From assembly GCA_965242925.1 (NCBI GenBank), contig CBDEUM010000034.1, forward strand, positions 64,001 through 128,000: a stretch of DNA of 64,000 bases, in the 5' to 3' direction. Below, one piece after another: positions 49,401 through 57,704 of the stretch. The DNA comes from Roseibacillus sp. (GTDB taxonomy: Bacteria > Verrucomicrobiota > Verrucomicrobiia > Verrucomicrobiales > Akkermansiaceae). How positions within the stretch are numbered: position 1 is the first letter of the stretch; the number at the start of each line of letters is the position of its first letter. Below the pieces are notes generated by a model. The model did not search any database. It was not told where the DNA came from and saw only the letters and a list, made by a program, of their open reading frames with translations. Both the position numbers and the translations under genes were made by a program.

Positions 49401-51518
49401 GAGACGAACCGGGGAAATCAGTTCGAAGGCGACAACTGGGGTCTCTATCTCGCCCTTGAGCAAACGGACCGCCGTTTTCTCGACGAGCGCGGGTTACCCG
49501 ATGGGAATACCTTCAATATGCACTTTGGCTCGAGCAACATCGTCAATCAGGCTTACCGCCAGCCGTCCAACCGCAGCGACCTCTTCACATTCAACGGAGC
49601 CAGCTCCCGGGGATACAATCGAGCTAATCCGGTGCAACCGGTGGCCTGGTGGAATCGCACGGTGGACCTGGAAAGCTACTTTTCCTATCGGGCGATTCTG
49701 GAAGCGGTCAATCACTCCGACCTGCGCGACAAGGAAAACTCCATCCTTTACCACGACCCCACCAAACGGCGGTGGACCATGATCCCGTGGGACGTTGACC
49801 TGCTCTACGAAGAGTTCGATCGCTGGGGGCCAAACGCGGTGCAAAGCCCCGCCACCCTCGAGCAATTCCGCAAGGCGCTCACTCATCCCGAGATCAACAT
49901 CCGCTTTCAAAACCGCGCCCGGGAGTTGCAGGACCTTCTCCTCAATAGCGACCAGGGATGGACTCTCGTCGACGAATTGGCCAGCGTTCTGGGCAGCTCC
50001 GACGGCAATCTCGGCATGGCGGAATTGGACGCTGCCCGTTGGAATGGAGATCCGCAGACAAGACGGGTCGAGGGATCGAGTCCCAATCCGAAAGCCTACT
50101 TCTTCATGAACCCCTACACCTCGACGCGCTTCCCCGCCAAGAGGCGCACCCTCATTTCCGGAGACTTCCCGGGCATGGTGGACTGGGTGAAAAAGTTCAT
50201 TGTGCCACGGGGCTTTGGCGGGGGGCGACTCCGCGACATGACGCGGGATTCCCGCATTCCGGAGACACCAGTCATCTCCTACACCGGATCGAACGGCTTC
50301 CCGGCGGTTGGGTTGCGACTCAGGAGCAACGCCTTTGCACCTGGAAACGGGGGCGCGTCATTCGCGGCCATGGAATGGCGCATCGGTGAGGTCCGTCATC
50401 CGGACGTGCCTGGTTTCGAGGAAGGAGAACCGTGGCGCTATGAGATCGAGGCCACCTGGAGCTCGGGCGAATTAAATGTCTTTCAAGACGAGATCGCGGT
50501 GCCCGCTGTCGCGGTGCAAGTCGGTCGCCTCTATCGAGGCCGGGTGAGACACCGGGGTGACGACGGGCGCTGGAGTCATTGGTCCGCCCCCCTGGAATTC
50601 ACGACCGCGAATCCCGATCTCCAACCCTACCTGACGGGTCTCGTAATCAGCGAGGTGATGTATAATCCCGCCGATGATAATCAGGAACTCGAGTTCATTG
50701 AAGTGCGAAACGTGGGGCCGTCCACCCTTGATCTCTCAGACGTGCGCTTCAGCAACGGGATTGAGTTCTCCTTTGCGGCCTCGAGCATCACAAGTCTGGC
50801 GGCTGGCAGCAGGGCCCTGGTAGTGCGCAACGAGGCCGTCTTCGAAGCGCATTACGGTGCCAATCTGCCCGTGGCAGGCGAATATCGCCTCTCCGCCTCC
50901 AACAATCTGAGTAATGCCGGGGAACGCGTGACGCTCTCCCTGGGCGCAGACAGCATTATCCGGGATTTCAGCTATCGCGACAACCGACCCTGGCCAAGCG
51001 GTGCCGACGGCACGGGCTACTCGCTGGTCCTGAGGGCACCCGAATCCCTCCCCGATCACAGCCTCGCCGTCAACTGGCGCAGCAGCGCCCTGCCCGACGG
51101 TAATCCTGGCAGCTCCGATGCCCTTCCTGAGTTCACCGGCGATCCCCACCGGGACGACGATCAAGATGGCCTGATGGCTCTCCTGGAACACGCCCTGGGT
51201 GGCGATCCCGCCACCGCCGAGTCCGAATTGGTTCCTGCCGCTTCCGTCATGAACCTCGAAGTGGAGGGCACCTTTGACAATTACCTCACCATCAGTGCCC
51301 GGCGGATGTTGGGGGCCGACGACGTGACCCTCATCGCGCAGATCAGCGGGAACCTCGTCGACTGGTCGAGCGCTCCGGAGCGCGTGGTCCTGGTGAGCGA
51401 GGTCCCGAATGCAGATGGCACTTCGATCATGACCTGGCGCAGCGCCCGTCCTATGGCGGAGGCTCCCCAGGAGTTTCTGCGAATTGAAGCTTCCATTCAG
51501 CGGATCCCACTCAGGTAG
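46479..51518 (+). CDS. Lamin-tail / DUF4082-like / CotH kinase-family giant (CotH giant 4, module C)
   Basis: LTD (ISEFMADN..DWIEI), DUF4082-like insert, further LTDs, CotH (RVRGHGS, KNKWKLRF, NHSDL..N, IPWDVD). Start 46479 or 46536. Confidence 0.9.
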   Translation: MHPPFRLLFCRVPQLVATRMVACLLFGTAPLLANPFISEFMADNGSTLADEDGEFPDWIEITNSGTEPVDLAGWHLTDDETKPTKWTFPGPASLAGGQSLVVFASGKNRHRPGRPLHTNFALNQSGEFLALVAPDGATLASRFSPYPPQELDLSYGVGLGPAAVTTLLIEDDSQALLLVPSGPVDDSWRGGEPFNENSWTPVQLGVGFNTGGGAVIGGGGGETTIAYGVADGTSGTQVFGGGLGMDFAVLESISVKKLGVFDDDSDGLNRTITAELWSRDGNGSGIVLASETFTSGNPGTLEAGHRFKSLSSPLTLEPGPYTIVAHGYGGDERNGNSGGNGDFATSNDGGGLIQFVGSSRFGSAGGAWPDSEDGGGPARYGAGTFTFAAVGDSLIRTDLESGMHGQNASALLRIPFSYAGPELATTLTLEIAYDDGFTAWLNGQLLTSRNASTDPAWNNVASAAGNAVETIVLPSTALTIGDNVLAVQGMNLHGDDPDFMVAPQLSAAFSRFERLYFSNPTPGQPNGQGEQGTGIVINEIHYDPSSDTAPAEFLELYNAGARTVNLTGWRLTGAVDYTFPANTGLAPDRYLVVALNAPFFEAEFSGVPVHAPFLGRLSNNGETVELRNNLDEAIDRVNYAVGAPWPVAGNDPYPSIQLLHPGQDNDLAGSWRAAPPTPGALNAVFSVDTPPQVRQVNHLPLAPASGEEVVVSCKVTDPDGVASVTLEYQTVLPGRYLRLSDATFETSWDRLPMSLLPTGQSTYQATLPADLQRHRQLIRYRIVAEDSFGATVRLPLPSDPSVNFAYFVYNGVPGWRGAIIPGETPVLDFSAEAMNHLPTYHLIANAEDVSASQYNRSFNDKVYRFEGALVYDGVVYDHMRYRVRGHGSTYNTGKNKWKLRFNRGHLFQGRDDYGRPYREKVRTLNWSALSSPWNPANRGAAGLDEALAFRLWRMAGIPAANTNYFHLRIIDGARETNRGNQFEGDNWGLYLALEQTDRRFLDERGLPDGNTFNMHFGSSNIVNQAYRQPSNRSDLFTFNGASSRGYNRANPVQPVAWWNRTVDLESYFSYRAILEAVNHSDLRDKENSILYHDPTKRRWTMIPWDVDLLYEEFDRWGPNAVQSPATLEQFRKALTHPEINIRFQNRARELQDLLLNSDQGWTLVDELASVLGSSDGNLGMAELDAARWNGDPQTRRVEGSSPNPKAYFFMNPYTSTRFPAKRRTLISGDFPGMVDWVKKFIVPRGFGGGRLRDMTRDSRIPETPVISYTGSNGFPAVGLRLRSNAFAPGNGGASFAAMEWRIGEVRHPDVPGFEEGEPWRYEIEATWSSGELNVFQDEIAVPAVAVQVGRLYRGRVRHRGDDGRWSHWSAPLEFTTANPDLQPYLTGLVISEVMYNPADDNQELEFIEVRNVGPSTLDLSDVRFSNGIEFSFAASSITSLAAGSRALVVRNEAVFEAHYGANLPVAGEYRLSASNNLSNAGERVTLSLGADSIIRDFSYRDNRPWPSGADGTGYSLVLRAPESLPDHSLAVNWRSSALPDGNPGSSDALPEFTGDPHRDDDQDGLMALLEHALGGDPATAESELVPAASVMNLEVEGTFDNYLTISARRMLGADDVTLIAQISGNLVDWSSAPERVVLVSEVPNADGTSIMTWRSARPMAEAPQEFLRIEASIQRIPLR

Positions 51519-51521
51519 AGA

Positions 51522-53003
51522 TTATTGGGAGCGTTTTTTGCGGTTTTTTCTTACCGCAGGGAACTTGGGTGCACCGCCAAGGTACTTGGGCCGGTCGAAA
51601 GCCTCTGCGCCTTTGCCAAGCACCCTTGGGTCGTGAGTCGCTTTGAGGGCGCTCTCCAGGGTGTCCTTAAGTTGGTTCAGGACTTCTGAGCTTTCAGGGC
51701 TATCCGCAATATTGTGCAGTTGATCCGGATCTTTCCTGAGGTCGTAGAGTTCAAGGGCCGGCCGTTTGGAAAAGGAGAGATCGTATTTCATCCGGTATTC
51801 TTCGTTCTTGTCCCTATTATCGACCATATGAGTCTTGGTCGGCCCGTTATCGCAGTCCGCAAGCCATGCGCCCGGGATGGTGGCAATTTTGTGATTCGGA
51901 GTCCCCGCGGGCCAGCGGTCGGGCCGAAAATTCCGGATGAAGAGGTGATCGTAAGTGCGGATGGCACGCATGGGAGTGCCTCCGGTGTCGGGAGCCTCCT
52001 GAGCAAGAACGTGCCGTTCCTTGCCCATGATCACATGATCGCGAATCCCCGGTTGGATCCTCCCGCTTCCAGGGTCCCTGAAAATCGGCATCAAACTGCG
52101 TCCAGTCATGGCTTCGAGGGGGTCCAGGCCGGCTGCCTCAAGAAAGGTCGGAGCGAGATCGGTAGTGCTTACGAAGTCGTCGACCACGCGACCCCTTTTG
52201 ATCACCTTGGGCCATTGGATTGCCAATGGCACACGCGCGCCAGAATCGTAGAGGTTCGATTTGCAGCGGGGGAAGGGCATGCCGTGATCTCCGGTGACTA
52301 CAACAATGGTATTTTCAAGAACCTTCAGCGCCTTGAGCCTGGCGAGAAACTGTCCGAGTTCGCGATCGAAGCGCTGCACCTCAAAGTAATAGTCGGCGAC
52401 GTCTCCGCGAATCTCCGGGCTGTCCGGGTAGTGCTTGAAGAGTTGGATTTCGCTGAGATTCATTCCACTCTCCCTGCCCGAGTGCAATTTGTAACCCCGG
52501 TGGGGATCACTGGCGCCGAACCAGAAGCAGAAGGGGTTTCCTTCATCCTTCTCCCTCCATTCATCTAAAAAGGCCTCGGGATTCTTGAAGCGCTTTCCGG
52601 AGGGGTAGCGTTTCCAGTTGGAGGCATTGCCCGGACCCCAGGACTTGCGCCAGCTACCCGTGAAGTAGCCCTTGTCCTCGAGAAGGTGGGGATAAGTCTG
52701 ATGCCTGGTGTCGAGAACACTCCAGAGGTTGCCTCCGCCTCCCAGTCGCCAATGGTATTGGCCGGTCAGGATGGCATTGCGGGAGGGAGTGCAGGAGGGA
52801 GAGGAAATATAGGCGTGGTGAAAGAGGATTCCATTTCTGGCAATGGCATCGAAGGTGGGCGTCTGGCAGACCTTATCATTTCCATAGATGCTGGCGTGGG
52901 GCCAGCCCCAGTCGTCGGCGATCGCGAAGACGATGTTGGGACGGTCGGCTGCGGCCAGAGCGGAGAAAACGACAAAATAGAGAATCGCAATACGGCCAGC
53001 CAT
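51522..53003 (-). CDS. Sulfatase (formylglycine-dependent; heparan N-sulfatase-like)
   Basis: RPNIVFAIADD, CTPSR motif, DPHR, GDHG, LYDSGARVPL. Confidence 0.93.
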   Translation of the reverse strand: MAGRIAILYFVVFSALAAADRPNIVFAIADDWGWPHASIYGNDKVCQTPTFDAIARNGILFHHAYISSPSCTPSRNAILTGQYHWRLGGGGNLWSVLDTRHQTYPHLLEDKGYFTGSWRKSWGPGNASNWKRYPSGKRFKNPEAFLDEWREKDEGNPFCFWFGASDPHRGYKLHSGRESGMNLSEIQLFKHYPDSPEIRGDVADYYFEVQRFDRELGQFLARLKALKVLENTIVVVTGDHGMPFPRCKSNLYDSGARVPLAIQWPKVIKRGRVVDDFVSTTDLAPTFLEAAGLDPLEAMTGRSLMPIFRDPGSGRIQPGIRDHVIMGKERHVLAQEAPDTGGTPMRAIRTYDHLFIRNFRPDRWPAGTPNHKIATIPGAWLADCDNGPTKTHMVDNRDKNEEYRMKYDLSFSKRPALELYDLRKDPDQLHNIADSPESSEVLNQLKDTLESALKATHDPRVLGKGAEAFDRPKYLGGAPKFPAVRKNRKKRSQ

Positions 53004-53098
53004 GGGGCGACTCTAGGCGAGATCCGGGGAAGAAAAATCAGATTCTGCTACCCTGATCGCCAAGGAAAAGATGCCCCTGCGCTGGCGATCAGAACCCT

Positions 53099-54016
53099 CT
53101 ACCTGTTAACCAGAGCGGCTAACCATTCCTTGCACAACAAACCGAGATGATTGAGTGAGCCCGAGTGAGGAATGAGGGACAAGTCCCTCCAATCCCATGG
53201 TCCCAGGCTGGAATCAGCTGGCAGGGGCTCGAGGCGCAGTTCTGCACTTGAAGCCAAGCGCATGGCTCGACGCATGTGCCATGTGGAAGTGATCAGTCCG
53301 ATCTTCTTCCACCCTCGCAATTCAGCAACCTCGGCGATTGAAGCCATTTCTTCCTTGGTATTGCGTCCCCGAAGTAAAACGATATCCCGTTCAGGAACAC
53401 CGACTTCAGTGAATATCGTGAGGGTTTGGCGTCTTGGGTCGTGGATTTCCTCTTTCCATTCGTCCGTCCGGATACCGGAGCATCCGAGCAGTGGGGTTCG
53501 CCCGGTGTGGTAGAGACGGGAGGCCAACATGACGCGATCGCCACCGTCGTTTAAGACGGGGGTTTTGTTGTGATCCAGCGATGTTCCGCCACCCAGAACA
53601 ATGACGATGTCAAATGGGCCTTCTTCAAGAGGCTTGATCGACGCGTACGGTTTTTGCCACCAGCGCATTAAGGAGGCAGTCAGTTCTCCATTGCCACTGA
53701 TCATGAAAAGGAGCAGGCATGCCGACAGGCTTCTGGTCCAGAAACGGTCATGCTTGTGCCATGCGTAGCCCGTGAGCGTAAGCAGGCTGATCCAAATTAG
53801 CCCAAAAGGATTGGCAATACTGGTGACCGCGCGTTGCATGGATAGAAGACCCGGCCACAGCAGGATGCCCGCGAGAAGGAACGCCCCTCCCAGAACTGCG
53901 ACGGTGATCCACCGACGGGATCGGCAATGGTGGCGCTGCAACCACAGAGCAAAGGCGATGAAAGCGGCAATTAAGAAACAATTGAAACCCAGCACGGGGA
54001 AAATCCTTAATAGCAT
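53099..54016 (-). CDS. YdcF/DUF218 (ElyC/SanA-like) membrane protein
   Basis: N-terminal TM helices, IVIVLGGG, RNTKEE, LITSTWHMRRA, KEWLA. Confidence 0.88.
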   Translation of the reverse strand: MLLRIFPVLGFNCFLIAAFIAFALWLQRHHCRSRRWITVAVLGGAFLLAGILLWPGLLSMQRAVTSIANPFGLIWISLLTLTGYAWHKHDRFWTRSLSACLLLFMISGNGELTASLMRWWQKPYASIKPLEEGPFDIVIVLGGGTSLDHNKTPVLNDGGDRVMLASRLYHTGRTPLLGCSGIRTDEWKEEIHDPRRQTLTIFTEVGVPERDIVLLRGRNTKEEMASIAEVAELRGWKKIGLITSTWHMRRAMRLASSAELRLEPLPADSSLGPWDWRDLSLIPHSGSLNHLGLLCKEWLAALVNR

Positions 54017-54070
54017 AAACCATTAATGCGAACTCAAACTGGAACAGTACACCAGATCGGCGCCACAGGA

Positions 54071-55033
54071 TTACTGGGCGGCGGGGATGATCTTCATCTT
54101 CTCTAGCCAAGCGAGTGACCCTCGTTGCCACGCATCCCACATTGGACCTTTGTAGCCGTTCAAACCATGACCGCCGGAGGGTAGTTCCAGGTATTCGGAA
54201 GGGACCTTGGAGATCTGCAGGGCAGCGTGAAAAAGACGGCTGTTTTCCGGAGCCACGAGCCGGTCATCCCTGGCATGCGCAAGGAAGCAGGGACATGTCC
54301 TGGAGGTGACCTGTGTCTCGTTGGAGTAGAGAGCAACCAATTCTGCACTCGGAGAAGCTCCCAGGAGATTGCGACGGGAACCCCCGTGCGTCTGTGCGCC
54401 CATGGTTATCACCGGGTAGACAAGGATCGCAAAATCGGGACGACAGCTTTGGCGGTCGATGGAAGAAGTGGCTGCCGGATCGCCGTCATCAAAGTGAGTA
54501 GCAACGGTGGATGCGAGATGGCCACCGGCAGAGAATCCTATGACCCCGAGCCGTTTGGGGTCACAGTGCCACTCCCTTACACCGCGGTCGCGCACGATAC
54601 GGAGGGCCCGTTGGGCGTCAAGAAGAGGGACGGATGAGCGCCCCCTCGGTAGTCGGTATTGCAGCACGATCCCGGTGATGCCGTGGGTGTTGAGCCACTT
54701 CGCGATCCCATGCCCTTCCGGGCCGATGACCACTCCGCCATAGCCCCCTCCGGGGCAGATGAGAGCAGCGACGCCATTGGGATGAACGGGTTGGTGAATG
54801 GTAATGGTGGCATTGGCCTGATCAAAGGTGCCATCCCCATCAGGAGCCTTCCGGGCCGGCCAGAGAGCCATGCTCAAAGGCTTTGAATTGTGTTGAATCA
54901 ATTGGCCTGTAAAGGCGGAGCCAGCGCCCGACTCCTCGGGGGTTCCAGCCTTGGAGATGCCTGGAAGTTCGTCCGCAGGAGAAATGCCGGCAAGCAGAAG
55001 AGCGAGGAACAGAGTGGGGATGAAGTGCTGCAT
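54071..55033 (-). CDS. Secreted alpha/beta hydrolase (esterase)
   Basis: CPGGGY, GFSAGGHLA nucleophile elbow, DD and GGHG. Start at ATG 55033. Confidence 0.9.
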   Translation of the reverse strand: MQHFIPTLFLALLLAGISPADELPGISKAGTPEESGAGSAFTGQLIQHNSKPLSMALWPARKAPDGDGTFDQANATITIHQPVHPNGVAALICPGGGYGGVVIGPEGHGIAKWLNTHGITGIVLQYRLPRGRSSVPLLDAQRALRIVRDRGVREWHCDPKRLGVIGFSAGGHLASTVATHFDDGDPAATSSIDRQSCRPDFAILVYPVITMGAQTHGGSRRNLLGASPSAELVALYSNETQVTSRTCPCFLAHARDDRLVAPENSRLFHAALQISKVPSEYLELPSGGHGLNGYKGPMWDAWQRGSLAWLEKMKIIPAAQ

Positions 55034-55101
55034 GGGATAGGAAGGAGTAATCTCAGAGAGGGCCGGGTGCAATCTCCTTGAGCCGATCATTGAACAGGAA
55101 A

Positions 55102-56406
55102 TTATTTGGCCTGTAGAACGCGTATCAGGAATATCTGCCGGGTTTCATTCCCAGCAAGGCCCGGCACCAGGATTGCGTCATTGCTGCGGTTCCAGCGGGG
55201 CGCAGGATCAATACGGATATCACCGCCGAAGGCACCCTTGTCCAACCCCTTGCTCCGGCCAAAGGCCCCGTCAGTTCTGCGGAAAACCGTGTAGTGGTTT
55301 TTGCTCCCCTTCTTGTAGCCATTGACAAACATTTCGCCATCAGGAGAGAGCGCGATATCGCCTTCCGGGTTTGGGAATAATACGGGTGAGCCCATTCTCC
55401 CCACGACCTTCTTCCGATCCACGTCATAGCGAACCTGATCCTTGCCCTTTCTGCCTATCAGGATATTGCCCAGATCCCATTCGGGATGACCGCCAATATG
55501 TGTTTGGTGCAAAGTTAAGCCGGAACCGTCGGTGTGGATGGAGCAGGGGATATTGATCTTGTTACCTTTCTTTCCGCTCCAGCCCCCGCGCACAAAGAAG
55601 TAGAGCCGTGTGCCCGTTCGGTTGAGCAGCGTGTGGTTGATGAACAGGCCGCTGTGATTCAATTTGGGATTTTGCTCCAGGAGCAGTTCATGGAGATCCT
55701 TATAGGAGACTAGCAGTTTTTTTTCACCGGTCTTGATATCCACCTTGAAGATCCCGTCATTGGCCGGCGCGATTTCCCCCTTTGACCAATCCAGGGCATC
55801 CGGGTAACCGGTCACCAGCCTGAGGCGAGCCAACCGCCCATAGTTGAGCCCCATGAAGAAGGCCCCATCAGCACTGACACCTCCATTGCCTATGGGGGTG
55901 TCCTCGTAGCGATATTCACGGAGGCGTTTTTTGTTCTTCAGGTCATACAGCACGGTAAAGACCCTGCCGGTTTCAGGGTCGCGGTCATTGAAGAAGAACT
56001 GCGATTCGGCCTCCTTGGGGTGCCAGTAAAACATGGTGCCCTGCTGGGGGTTCCAGCCGTGGGTTTTATCGAGCTCAATGACCCGGTTCTCCTGCCTTGT
56101 ATCAAGGACGCAAACCGTGGCCGCCTCACCGGGCTGGGGCATACGGTCGATCCGGTCAATCTGGAGGCAGAGAATATAGCGGCCGCCGGCGTTCCACGGG
56201 ATGGTCTGGCACTGGCCGATGTAACCGAAAAAATGGTGACGGGTGCCTGCAGTTAACTGCTCGACTTGCAGAGCCAGGGCGGGAGGCTGGTCCTCGACCC
56301 GGGCACCTTGCTCCTTGAAGAAGGAGATGAATTTCTGTTCGCCTGCTAACAAAGGCTTGCAGACAATGAGGAACAGGACAGTCCAAAACCAGGGAAAAAC
56401 CTTCAT
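55102..56406 (-). CDS. Secreted TolB-like/oligogalacturonate-lyase-like beta-propeller protein
   Basis: Signal peptide MKVFPWF..; HHFFGY, WNPQQG, RIDPAPRWN..RQIF. Confidence 0.75.
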   Translation of the reverse strand: MKVFPWFWTVLFLIVCKPLLAGEQKFISFFKEQGARVEDQPPALALQVEQLTAGTRHHFFGYIGQCQTIPWNAGGRYILCLQIDRIDRMPQPGEAATVCVLDTRQENRVIELDKTHGWNPQQGTMFYWHPKEAESQFFFNDRDPETGRVFTVLYDLKNKKRLREYRYEDTPIGNGGVSADGAFFMGLNYGRLARLRLVTGYPDALDWSKGEIAPANDGIFKVDIKTGEKKLLVSYKDLHELLLEQNPKLNHSGLFINHTLLNRTGTRLYFFVRGGWSGKKGNKINIPCSIHTDGSGLTLHQTHIGGHPEWDLGNILIGRKGKDQVRYDVDRKKVVGRMGSPVLFPNPEGDIALSPDGEMFVNGYKKGSKNHYTVFRRTDGAFGRSKGLDKGAFGGDIRIDPAPRWNRSNDAILVPGLAGNETRQIFLIRVLQAK

Positions 56407-56419
56407 GGCTTTGCTTCCT

Positions 56420-57703
56420 TCAGCTTTCCAGTCCACGAATGGCGGAGTTGGTGCTGCTGCCGAATTTTTCGATCTCCACTCCCATGCGCTGGGCCAGCGG
56501 GACGAAGAGGTTGGCGAAGGGGGTGTTGTTGTCCTTGTCATGGGCAACATGGCGGCCGTGTTTGTAGCCGCCGCCGGCAAGCAGGATGGGCAGGTTGCGC
56601 CAGCTGTGTGAAGAGGCGTTCCCGAGGTTGGAACCGAATAGGATGGCGGTGTGGTCCAGTAAATGCCCACCGGCCTCCCTGACGTCCTTGAGCTTGGTGA
56701 GGAATTCACTAAACACCTCGAATTCCGCAGCCTCAATTCTGGTCAATTCGGCAATCTTGGTTTCCTCTTTCCCGTGGTGGGAGAGCATGTGCCAGTCGGT
56801 GCGCACGCCGGGGATATTGTTAGGGACCGCATTCATGCTGCCGAGAGAGAAGGTGATTACACGGGTGGAATCAGTTTGGAACGCCAGCAGGATAAGGTCA
56901 TATAATAGGCGTTGCTTTGCGAGGATGTCGGTACGATCGGCGATCTCCCGGGGTTCTTTCTGGTCGACCGCGGGCTTGGGGTGCCTAGCCCACTGTTTAT
57001 TCTGGCGCAGGCGCACCTCAAGTTCGCGCACGGAGGTAAAGTATTCGGCGAGTTTCTCGCGGTCGCGCGCGCCAAGTGTGACATTAAGCGCCTTGGCATC
57101 ACCCCGCACCGTGTCGAGAATGCTGCGGCCGCGCTCAAGATTTTTCATCTCTTCAGCAACTTCTTTTTCAGTGCCATTTACAAACATCTGACGGAAGAGC
57201 TTTGCGGGATGACTTTGGGAGGGGATTCGTACGCCGTTGGCGGTCCAGGAAAGCGATTTGCTGTTAGTCCCAATGGAGAGTGAGGGAAACCGCGTAGCTG
57301 CTCCGATATGCCGAGCCATTAACTGATCGATTGAGATGGTGTTTTTAAACCCGGCCAATCCCGGGCGCGGCGCACTGGTAAGCCATGTGAGTTCGCTGTC
57401 GTGGCCGCTGGCACCGTTGGAACTCGGATGGGACAGACCTGAGAACACCGTAAAATCCTTCCGATGCTCCTCGAGTTTCTGCAAGTAGAGAGGAGCTTGG
57501 TAACCCGCTCCGGTTTCGGTTGGAATGAAGTTAGGTGCGTGAAAACCAAGCCCGGCATTCATCGCTACAAATCGCTTGGGCGCAGTAGGCCCCGCAGCAA
57601 AGGCGGGAGTCATTGCGCTTAGAAACGGTAGAGCCACGGTGGCACCGGAGCCCTTGAGGAAGGCGCGGCGTTTCAGTGAGTTTTTGGTGGCGATGTAGCT
57701 CAT
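56420..57703 (-). CDS. DUF1552 domain protein (Tat signal)
   Basis: KRRAFLKG..ALPFL..M, SIDQ, DSTRV, HMLSHHG, GSNLG..H..NLPILLAGG. Confidence 0.9.
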   Translation of the reverse strand: MSYIATKNSLKRRAFLKGSGATVALPFLSAMTPAFAAGPTAPKRFVAMNAGLGFHAPNFIPTETGAGYQAPLYLQKLEEHRKDFTVFSGLSHPSSNGASGHDSELTWLTSAPRPGLAGFKNTISIDQLMARHIGAATRFPSLSIGTNSKSLSWTANGVRIPSQSHPAKLFRQMFVNGTEKEVAEEMKNLERGRSILDTVRGDAKALNVTLGARDREKLAEYFTSVRELEVRLRQNKQWARHPKPAVDQKEPREIADRTDILAKQRLLYDLILLAFQTDSTRVITFSLGSMNAVPNNIPGVRTDWHMLSHHGKEETKIAELTRIEAAEFEVFSEFLTKLKDVREAGGHLLDHTAILFGSNLGNASSHSWRNLPILLAGGGYKHGRHVAHDKDNNTPFANLFVPLAQRMGVEIEKFGSSTNSAIRGLES

Positions 57704-57704
57704 G

